Source: Promethearchaeum sp.
GTDB taxonomy: Archaea; Asgardarchaeota; Lokiarchaeia; Sigyniarchaeales; Promethearchaeaceae
Assembly (NCBI GenBank): GCA_030611625.1
Contig: JAUWPK010000002.1
Coordinates: 1-24,000, forward strand
Direction of reading: 5' to 3'
Length of the DNA: 24,000 nucleotides
Shown here: in pieces, positions 8,222 to 15,353 of the stretch
Position numbering within the stretch: the first letter of the stretch is position 1
How the letters are laid out: every line of letters begins with the position of its first letter
Translations under genes and position numbers: made by a program
The notes under the pieces: model-generated
Told to the model about the DNA's origin: nothing
Databases searched by the model: none
Seen by the model: only the letters and a program-made list of their open reading frames with translations

Positions 8222-8818
8222 CTATTTAGCTTCTTTATTGCCTGAAAACAACGAATTCAAACGCAGGTAAATATAAGAAATTAAGATAAGATGAATCGCC
8301 CAACATGCTAAAATTCCAAAGTACAACACAACTCTTCCCAGTAATAATCCAAGTAAAAAACTATAAATGATATAAACTAAAGTGATTGCTGGGTTTTTAT
8401 ATGCAATTAAGATGTGAATATGGTATAAACCAAAAATCCCTGCAGAAATAAAAATTGCATTAAAGATTGATGTATTTTCAAGCAGTAAATTAAAAACTAT
8501 TCCCCTAAAAAGAAGTTCTTCACAAAGTAAAGTTAAGGGGTATGTAACCAATAAAGAATAACGATTCATGCTCCTTATAGTAACAATGAAAGAAAGTTTT
8601 GAAACATCATCTATTTGTTTTTTATTAACAATGCTTATTATACCCTCAGCAATAATAATAAGTGCAATAATCCCTCCAAATATTATCGAGCTTTCAATAT
8701 AGAAATCTAAACCATCATTAATTTTAGGATAATTCTCCAATCCAATCCAGTAAGGGCGAAATTGTTCAACAATAAAAAACAAGAAACTTAAGATAATTGC
8801 TAAAAAAGGGATTGCCAA
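8222..8818 (-). CDS. CPBP family intramembrane glutamic endopeptidase (CAAX protease/Abi-like)
   Basis: Three CPBP motifs occur in order in a polytopic protein: CEELLFRG (EExxxR), FGLYHIH (FxxxH) and WAIHLILI (HxxxN/D-like). It has a TTG start, and the upstream in-frame stretch has no ATG. Confidence 0.8.
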   Translation of the reverse strand: MAIPFLAIILSFLFFIVEQFRPYWIGLENYPKINDGLDFYIESSIIFGGIIALIIIAEGIISIVNKKQIDDVSKLSFIVTIRSMNRYSLLVTYPLTLLCEELLFRGIVFNLLLENTSIFNAIFISAGIFGLYHIHILIAYKNPAITLVYIIYSFLLGLLLGRVVLYFGILACWAIHLILISYIYLRLNSLFSGNKEAK

Positions 8819-8998
8819 GCCCTTTATTCTATCGAGTTGAGAATTTGAGATTGATTCAGTTGTTTCTTTTGGTGATTTTCTTGTTAGATCTAATTCTGGA
8901 TTGTGTTTTATTTTATTTCACCATTTATTTGTTTTGGATGTTTTAGATTATTAAAAGTTTTATTTCAAAAATATAGAGAGATTTTGTAAAAAATAGGA

Positions 8999-9760
8999 TT
9001 ATATCTCCCTAATCTTAATTTTCTTCTTTAATGATTGAGAATATGAGAAATTTAAAAGATTTTGATTTCTTAAAATAAATTTACCCCCAATTCCTTTAAA
9101 CCCTTCTATAATCCCCGAAATATTCTTGGGTTTTCCACTTTTTGAATAATTAACCTTAGCTTCCGAAATAGCATGAAGAGTAAAGAGTGGATTTCCTAAA
9201 ACATCCAAAAATCGTTGAGCTTTTTTATCACCAACATCTACTAATCCTTCAAGGAAATATTTTTGGTCTTTAGCTGTAATTTCCTCGCTTAAGGACTCTT
9301 TATCAATTTTGGGAATAATATCGGGAAAATATCCCTTAGATTGCTCTAATTTTGCAATTTCAACAATAACTTTAGCAGTTTCAAAGGCGTCTTTTGTTGG
9401 AATAATAGGAATGTTCATTTTATATGTAGCATATACCAAAGCCCCGTAGATCGAACTTTCCTTAACAAATTTCCTGAATGTTTTTTCTAAGGATTCAATA
9501 ATCAATATTGGAAATTGAAAAACATTCTTTAATTTGGACAGTTGTTGAAAAAACCGTGTATCAAAAATTGAAGAAACAAGATCATCCCCTCTCTTTCGTT
9601 CGATTGCACAGCGCGAAGAAACGATGTAATCGCCGAAATCCAGAGTTTCAATACTAAGGTCGCATTCTAAATTATCAAAAGCACTTCTAATTTCACCTCG
9701 TTCCCTTTCATCTAAAATTATTTTTGGAGATGAAGGTGAATTAGAGATTTTATTGTTCAT
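8999..9760 (-). CDS. Short archaeal XPF/ERCC4-family structure-specific nuclease (nuclease domain plus HhH2), catalytic motif intact
   Basis: The ERCC4 signature FGDYIVSSRCAIERKRGDDLVSSI (GDx(n)ERKxxxD) lies at nt 9581-9634. The C-terminal tandem helix-hairpin-helix reads FLEGLVDVGDKKAQRFLDVLG ... EGFKGIGGKFILRN. There is no helicase domain. Confidence 0.85.
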   Translation of the reverse strand: MNNKISNSPSSPKIILDERERGEIRSAFDNLECDLSIETLDFGDYIVSSRCAIERKRGDDLVSSIFDTRFFQQLSKLKNVFQFPILIIESLEKTFRKFVKESSIYGALVYATYKMNIPIIPTKDAFETAKVIVEIAKLEQSKGYFPDIIPKIDKESLSEEITAKDQKYFLEGLVDVGDKKAQRFLDVLGNPLFTLHAISEAKVNYSKSGKPKNISGIIEGFKGIGGKFILRNQNLLNFSYSQSLKKKIKIREI

Positions 9761-9815
9761 TAAAAAATTGCACCCTAAACATTTATTTACTGTATAATTA
9801 AAATCATTTTTGAGG

Positions 9816-10496
9816 ATGAGTGATAATCTGAATTCGACTAAATTACATGCAATTATTGACGAAGACTCATATGAAAAGTTCCAGAATTTGATAGATCAAT
9901 TGGAAAAACTCGATTTTTATATAGAAAAGAAAGAAATCGGTAAAAATTTCGTCCAAATCCCTCCTAATGGCGGTGTTTTAATCTTAAAATCAAAGAACTT
10001 GGATGGAAAATCTCTTTTGTCAAATATGGACAAAAAAATAAAGGAATTTTCTAATCTAATACCGAATGGTGTAATTATCTTTGAAAATTTCAACAGATTG
10101 GGTGTAAAAAAGAGAGAATTAGTTCAAAAGATATTGTTTAAGCAAATTCTTAACTCAGAATCGACATTTAACGGGATTATCCCCACAAGAAATCCATCAG
10201 AAACTGCATTATGTATAAAAAGCATAGCAAAAAGGGAACAAATTGAAGATCTTCCACCAATATTAAGTAGAATAAAACGAAAATCAAAGTATCTTTCAGA
10301 TTACCAAATTTTTTTTATTGAAGGGTTACTCCAATGTGGAACAAAAAAAGCAAAAGCCCTTCTGAAGGTTTTCGATAGCCCACAGGAGATTATCAATGCA
10401 ATTCTCTATGATCCAGTTAAAATATCAGAAATAAAGGGATTTGGCAAGAAATTTATTGGTATTAATCAAAAACTTCTTCAAAATAATCTAAAATAA
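9816..10496 (+). CDS. ERCC4/XPF paralog with degenerate active site plus HhH2 (ERCC1/Eme1-like non-catalytic partner candidate)
   Basis: It is collinear with the neighbouring XPF: AIIDE vs ILDERE, IPTRNPSETALCIKSIAKREQ vs IPTKDAFETAKVIVEIAKLEQ, and FFIEGLLQCGTKKAKALLKVFDS...IKGFGKKFIGINQ vs the HhH2. The nuclease signature is replaced by GKNF...VLILKSKNLDGKSLLSNM (nt 9939-10010), so ERK becomes LKS and GDY becomes GKN. I prefer ATG 9816 over the track's TTG 9810. Confidence 0.7.
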   Translation: MSDNLNSTKLHAIIDEDSYEKFQNLIDQLEKLDFYIEKKEIGKNFVQIPPNGGVLILKSKNLDGKSLLSNMDKKIKEFSNLIPNGVIIFENFNRLGVKKRELVQKILFKQILNSESTFNGIIPTRNPSETALCIKSIAKREQIEDLPPILSRIKRKSKYLSDYQIFFIEGLLQCGTKKAKALLKVFDSPQEIINAILYDPVKISEIKGFGKKFIGINQKLLQNNLK

Positions 10497-10531
10497 CAAC
10501 TTTTTTTTAGTTTAGACACAAATCGATATTT

Positions 10532-10906
10532 ATGCAAGATCCAATTCAGCATTATGAAGTAGGATGTAAATTTTGGATTAAAGGATCAAATGATTTTACT
10601 ATGGGCCCAGGTGATGTCCAATTAATAAAAAAACTAATAGAATTCAATAACCTTACAAAAGCTGCCACAGTTTGCCATTATTCCTATAAATATGCTTGGA
10701 AAAAGATTAAAAATATTTCTGAAAAAACCGGTAAAGCAATCGTCAATAGCCACAGAGGAGGTAAAGGTGGTGGTGGAGAAGTAATGGTTACTTCTTGGGG
10801 GAAACATTTGATTTTTCTTTTTGAAAGTGCTGAAAAACAGCTGAATAAAACAATCAGTGAAATTAATGCTGAATTTACAAAAAACATTTCTGAGAAACAT
10901 TTTTAA
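10532..10906 (+). CDS. ModE N-terminal-domain-like winged-helix transcriptional regulator (no Mop/TOBE domains)
   Basis: GPGDVQLIKKLIEFNNLTKAATVCHYSYKYAWKKIKNISEKTGKAIVNSHRGGKGGGGEVMVTSWG parallels E. coli ModE (SISQGAKDAGISYKSAWDAINEMN...ERATGGKGGGGAVLTRYG). Confidence 0.8.
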   Translation: MQDPIQHYEVGCKFWIKGSNDFTMGPGDVQLIKKLIEFNNLTKAATVCHYSYKYAWKKIKNISEKTGKAIVNSHRGGKGGGGEVMVTSWGKHLIFLFESAEKQLNKTISEINAEFTKNISEKHF

Positions 10907-10960
10907 GAAAGATTTTAACGAAAAAAATTATAAAATATTAATATAGAGGTATTTTTGAAT

Positions 10961-12619
10961 ATGAACAGCGGAGTCACCGACATACACGAACCAAAATCTG
11001 ATGAGGAATATACTGTAATAATTGACATGGGACAAGGTAATACAAAAGTTGGTTTTGCCGGTGATGAGAAGCCACTTATGTTTCCTACCGTCTGTGGAAA
11101 ACCAAAATATCAGCAAATGATGGCAGGGGTTACTGCGAAAGAAATTTACGTTGGCGATGACACAAAAAGAATGAGAGGAGTTCTCAGATTATCCTATCCT
11201 ATAAAGCGTGGGACAGTTATGGATTGGGATAATTATTATGCCATATTAAATCACATATTTTATAATACTCTACGTGTTAAAGATGCAAAAAATTGTAATG
11301 TAATTTATTTAGTTCCTCCCTTAACCCCTCCTGAAACTTATCAATATTTTGCAAGAGTTTTATTTGAAACACATCAAGTTAAGTCCGTTGCAATACTCGA
11401 TACTGCAACAACTGCTATATTTTCTATTGGTGAAACAACGGGACTATCTATTGATATAGGTTGCGGATTGTGCACTATATGTCCGGTAATGAATGGCCGA
11501 ATTTTTGAACCAAGCGTTCAAAAGCTTAATTTGGCAGGTATGGATGTAGAGGATTATTTGGAGAAACTGCTAACACAATACGGAATTTTTAAAAAAAGGG
11601 AGATTATCCAAGATATTAAGGAAAAAACCTTAAAAATTTCTTTAGATCCTAAAAAGGCTTCTCAAGATCCTTCATACAATATGAATTATGTCCTTCCAGA
11701 TGGAGAAAAGTTGGAATTAAGTGCTAATTTTATCATCATGGCAAGTGAAATCATATTTAACCCAATTTTAGTCGGAATCAGTGGAAAAAGCTTGCAAAAT
11801 GCAATAATCGATTCGATTCGTGCTACTGATCGAGCATATTGGCGACAATTATTAAATAAAATTGTTCTTTCAGGAGGAACCTCCTACATAAGTGGATTAA
11901 AGGAGAGATTAGAAGCCGAAATCAAGAAAAATCTATTTGAACTGGGAGAATTACCGCCCTTGGTTGAGGAGAAAGCTAATATTCTTGTACCAGAACCAGT
12001 GAAGGGAATTTTAACACCCAAAGAAAATTTAAAATCTATGATTCAAATTATGGGAAAAGATAGAATTCCGGAAAATTGTTCTAGGTGCGGAGAGTTATTA
12101 GAAAAATCTAGTGAATTTTGTCCATCTTGTGGCGCAAAGATCACTCAAAAACAAATCGAAATAATGGGTGCAACTCTAGAATCATATCCTACAATGTGTT
12201 CTAAGTGTTTCCAAAAATTGGACGGAGTTATTTCCGTCTGTCCTTATTGTAATAATCAGTTAAAACCTATAATCCATGAAGAAAAATTAGATCGTAAAGA
12301 AAAGAAATTAATCAAAAAAACATCCGTTTCTGAAAAAGAATTGAAAGAATTATCATTACAAGTGGCGAGTGAATACGGTGGTTTTGATGAAATTGATGAC
12401 AAAATATCTTCCCCTCTTAACAAGTTAAATATAAACAAACCAAAATCAGATGAAATCATTCAAATTGATTTATATGATGACAGGTATTACGCATCTTTCA
12501 AAGGCGCATCAATTTTAGGGTCTTTACCAAGTTTTAAGAAATTTTTGGTCGATAAAAGCACTTTCGATGCAAACCCTGATTCTGTAAAAGTAGATTTCGA
12601 AAAAATAATAAATCAATGA
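10961..12619 (+). CDS. Actin-family (eukaryote-like actin/ARP) ATPase with an internal insertion of about 170 aa carrying two zinc ribbons
   Basis: It aligns with eukaryotic actin over its length. IIDMGQGNTKVGFAGDEKP is phosphate-1, YVGDD, YPIKRGTVMDWD, LFETHQV, GLSIDIGCGLCTICPV is phosphate-2, LNLAGMDVEDYL, IIQDIKEK, YVLPDGE, and VLSGGTSYISGL is the adenosine motif. The C-terminal YASFKGASILGSLPSFKKFLV matches [21 protein letters not shown]. Between the last two blocks (nt about 11935-12455) lie CSRC-x10-CPSC (12077-12130) and CSKC-x10-CPYC (12197-12250), plus a K/E-rich linker. ATG 10961 has GAGGT about 10 nt upstream, and the track's TTG 10955 is less likely. Confidence 0.9.
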   Translation: MNSGVTDIHEPKSDEEYTVIIDMGQGNTKVGFAGDEKPLMFPTVCGKPKYQQMMAGVTAKEIYVGDDTKRMRGVLRLSYPIKRGTVMDWDNYYAILNHIFYNTLRVKDAKNCNVIYLVPPLTPPETYQYFARVLFETHQVKSVAILDTATTAIFSIGETTGLSIDIGCGLCTICPVMNGRIFEPSVQKLNLAGMDVEDYLEKLLTQYGIFKKREIIQDIKEKTLKISLDPKKASQDPSYNMNYVLPDGEKLELSANFIIMASEIIFNPILVGISGKSLQNAIIDSIRATDRAYWRQLLNKIVLSGGTSYISGLKERLEAEIKKNLFELGELPPLVEEKANILVPEPVKGILTPKENLKSMIQIMGKDRIPENCSRCGELLEKSSEFCPSCGAKITQKQIEIMGATLESYPTMCSKCFQKLDGVISVCPYCNNQLKPIIHEEKLDRKEKKLIKKTSVSEKELKELSLQVASEYGGFDEIDDKISSPLNKLNINKPKSDEIIQIDLYDDRYYASFKGASILGSLPSFKKFLVDKSTFDANPDSVKVDFEKIINQ

Positions 12620-12627
12620 GGTAGTTT

Positions 12628-12680
12628 TTTGAACCACTATTTTTTTAATATTTGAACCACTATTTTTTTTAATATTTGAA
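12628..12680. repeat. Tandem direct repeat (23 and 24 nt, plus a 6-nt partial third copy) in the actin/surface-protein intergenic region, containing duplicated T-run/TATA-like boxes
   Basis: Read directly. TTTGAACCACTATTTTTTTAATA (12628-12650) and TTTGAACCACTATTTTTTTTAATA (12651-12674) are followed by TTTGAA. The second TTTTAATATT (12667-12676) sits about 20-28 nt before ATG 12695, a plausible archaeal TATA position for a leaderless mRNA. Confidence 0.8.
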
Positions 12681-12694
12681 TAGGTTTTAGAAAA

Positions 12695-13858
12695 ATGAAA
12701 CGACATAGTATTATACCTTATTTATTCTTATTGATGTTCATAATATCCTCGGTCTCAATTGATTATTCGGTAGCGACTTCAAGAAAAGATTTGCTTGAAG
12801 AGTTCTGTATCTCAAACCAAACTGAAACCGGTGGTTTTACAGATTATAATAATGGAACAGACGTAATTACAGAATTTACATCTTTAGCAAATTTGTTCAT
12901 TTTGTATGAAATCGATCCAACATTAACAAAAATTGATAAATCCAAGTCAGAATTTTGGTTTATAGACCGATTAGATGATTTTATTACAACAACTACTACC
13001 GATAAAAACATTCCAAATGCTTATTATGCTTTGGAAGGTTCAATTTATTTAAATGCTACATCCAATAATACCGCAACTGTTGATGAATCGATTATAGAGT
13101 TGAATAATCATTACAATGAAACCAGTCACGGATATCATGGAGGAAATTCTCCTATTCCTACATTAAGTAATACCTATTATGCAATCGAATTTCTTTATTT
13201 AGCAAGTAATATTACAACTTCCGCAAATTTAAGTACAATTGAGTCAACAGAAATAGCTACTTTCATATTATCTTGCTGGGATAGCGAAAATAATGCATTT
13301 GCAGGAAGCCCGGGAGGACAAGCGAACCCTATTGATTCATATTTTGCAATTCAAACCTTAATTAGACTTGAAAAATTAGATCTATTTAATTATGGAGAAG
13401 AATTAACCGATTTTATTGATGATTTCTACTGTAATGACCCTGTATTTGAATCCCATTACGGAGGATATTCACATATCCCTAATTCACCTTCGTCCAGCTC
13501 ATTAATGATGACATATTATTGTGTTAGTATACAAAACTTCTTAAATTCTTCAAAAATGAATAATGAAACGACTCTTAGCTGGATCTTGTCCCGTCAAAGC
13601 CCTTATGATCACGGATTTAATGATGTTCCCAGTGTTTCTGGTATTGAATACTCTTCTGCAAAATTATCATATTATGCAGTTAAATCAATTCTGATCTTTG
13701 AAGAAAGCGCTTTTGGAGATAAAAATGCAGATTTAATGAATGAAGAACTCTGGGATTTAAGAACCAGTGGTTGGTTAATTGCTGCAATTGTTGTAGGAAG
13801 CTTAGGATTAGCCGCACTTGCAGGTTATGGTATTTATAGATATAAAAACCGAATTTAG
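12695..13858 (+). CDS. Membrane-anchored extracellular protein with prenyltransferase/terpene-cyclase-like (alpha/alpha toroid) repeats, probable N-glycoprotein
   Basis: It has an N-terminal signal/anchor (IIPYLFLLMFIISSVSI) and a C-terminal TM plus basic tail (WLIAAIVVGSLGLAALAGYGIYRYKNRI). Five or six spaced repeats have the GGF/HGY ... (T/S)YYA form: ETGGFTDY, NAYYALEG, HGYHGGNSPIPTLSNTYYAIEFL, NAFAGSPGGQANPIDSYFAIQTL, HYGGYSHIP...MTYYCV and DHGFNDVP...LSYYAVKSI. There are nine N-x-S/T sequons. Confidence 0.65.
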   Translation: MKRHSIIPYLFLLMFIISSVSIDYSVATSRKDLLEEFCISNQTETGGFTDYNNGTDVITEFTSLANLFILYEIDPTLTKIDKSKSEFWFIDRLDDFITTTTTDKNIPNAYYALEGSIYLNATSNNTATVDESIIELNNHYNETSHGYHGGNSPIPTLSNTYYAIEFLYLASNITTSANLSTIESTEIATFILSCWDSENNAFAGSPGGQANPIDSYFAIQTLIRLEKLDLFNYGEELTDFIDDFYCNDPVFESHYGGYSHIPNSPSSSSLMMTYYCVSIQNFLNSSKMNNETTLSWILSRQSPYDHGFNDVPSVSGIEYSSAKLSYYAVKSILIFEESAFGDKNADLMNEELWDLRTSGWLIAAIVVGSLGLAALAGYGIYRYKNRI

Positions 13859-13887
13859 AATTTTTTTTCAATTATTTCTATATTACA

Positions 13888-15312
13888 TCATTTTTCTATT
13901 TCTATAAATCTCTTAAGATAAGATAGAATGATTATATCTATGTTTGGAAGATATTTTCTTAAAACATCACGAATAAAATCAGGATCATATCTTTCATTCC
14001 TATTATAAGACATATCAATATATCCTGACCCACGCTGCAAATAATCTGAAGAAGCGACTGAATACCATTTTTCTTCATCCAGAGGTTTATCATCAATAGA
14101 TATTGAAATAATTTTACAAGTATTTTCAGATTCGGGATTCAAATATACTTTAACATTATTTGAGACAGCAAGGTTTCCCAGATATTTTCCTCTAAATCCC
14201 GCTCCACTACCATCTTGCATTTGAATTTCTTTGACCAATGATTTTTCTAATGATTTCCTAATATCTACTCCCTTTAGTTCAAAATATGTTGGATTTAAGG
14301 GAGAAGGACTAGTTTTATGAAGGAGGAGTTTTGAAATAGTTCCTTTTTCCAAACCATTATTTAAAATTCCACTATTGATAATACTGATATCACTGTGGAA
14401 AATATCTCTTAAAGAATCCGCTAAGAAATTTGATAGAGGATTTTCTTCTGTTAGGGAATGAGGAAGTGCCATTTTTAAGTAGAAAAGGGGTTTCGACATA
14501 TTTTTCTCTGCTATTTTTGAAAACTTATTAATTATTTCAACAATTTTTGGATCTGGGATAAAATTCTTACTTGAAATAAGTGATCCTTTAATATTTTTTA
14601 TGTGTAGATTATCATCCAATTCAATATCTAAAATTCCAAGATTCTCGCCATATTTTCCAGTTTGGCATATTGTAGTATTATTTACTAAAACGGGTTCTTT
14701 GAGGGCATCATGTGAATGCCCCCCAATAATAATATTTATGGAAGGAAATTCTTCTGCTATCTTTTTATCAAATTTTAATCCTAAATGTGAAATAAGAATT
14801 TTAAGATTAAATTCATGATTCTTATAGTTGGAAAGAACTCGATGAATTTCTTCAATAGGATCCTTTGTTAACATATTAAACAGTTTATAAAATCTGTTAT
14901 ATGAGGGAGAACTTGCAGTTACACCGATTAAAAGTATTTTTACCTTATTAATTTCTAAAATTGTAGAATCTTTTAGGAAATTCAATTTATTACCTTCGAT
15001 ATCATATATATTGCATGTTAAAACTTCACATTCTGAACTTTCTGCTATATGTTTTCCATTCTCTATACCAGAAAAACCCTCATTATTACCAAAAATGCGC
15101 GCATGAAATCCTATTTCATTTAATATTGCTGAACTGATTTCACCTTGAGTGCCTTCCGTTTCAATTCTCATAAAATCAGCATTATCTCCGGCATCGAGTA
15201 AAATTGAATTAGAATCTTTATATTTCTCAATTGCTGTTGCAATTTTTGCTAATTTTTCAAATCTACTATGTATATCGTTTATATGGAAAATTTTTAGCTT
15301 TTGTATCTTCAT
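13888..15312 (-). CDS. Calcineurin-like metallophosphoesterase with 5'-nucleotidase C-terminal domain (5'-nucleotidase/UDP-sugar hydrolase family), cytoplasmic
   Basis: Motifs in order are FHINDIHSRF (DxH), LLDAGDNADF (GD), FGNNEGF (a GNHE variant), ISHLG and IIIGGHSHD (GHxH), followed by a roughly 200-aa C-terminal substrate-binding-like domain. There is no signal peptide. Confidence 0.85.
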   Translation of the reverse strand: MKIQKLKIFHINDIHSRFEKLAKIATAIEKYKDSNSILLDAGDNADFMRIETEGTQGEISSAILNEIGFHARIFGNNEGFSGIENGKHIAESSECEVLTCNIYDIEGNKLNFLKDSTILEINKVKILLIGVTASSPSYNRFYKLFNMLTKDPIEEIHRVLSNYKNHEFNLKILISHLGLKFDKKIAEEFPSINIIIGGHSHDALKEPVLVNNTTICQTGKYGENLGILDIELDDNLHIKNIKGSLISSKNFIPDPKIVEIINKFSKIAEKNMSKPLFYLKMALPHSLTEENPLSNFLADSLRDIFHSDISIINSGILNNGLEKGTISKLLLHKTSPSPLNPTYFELKGVDIRKSLEKSLVKEIQMQDGSGAGFRGKYLGNLAVSNNVKVYLNPESENTCKIISISIDDKPLDEEKWYSVASSDYLQRGSGYIDMSYNRNERYDPDFIRDVLRKYLPNIDIIILSYLKRFIEIEK

Positions 15313-15353
15313 TAAATCATTAATTACTTATTTTTAAAATAATTTTACCACTT

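Noticed and set aside
9810-10960. TTG starts proposed by the track at 9810 and 10955
   Set aside because: In both cases an ATG follows two codons downstream (9816 and 10961). For the actin gene, a GAGGT sits at a suitable distance from the ATG. The difference is only two residues and does not affect the calls.
12628-12680. Possible CRISPR array or mobile-element terminal repeat
   Set aside because: There are only about 2.25 directly abutting copies with no spacers, and no cas, integrase or transposase genes nearby. It is better explained as an intergenic tandem duplication.
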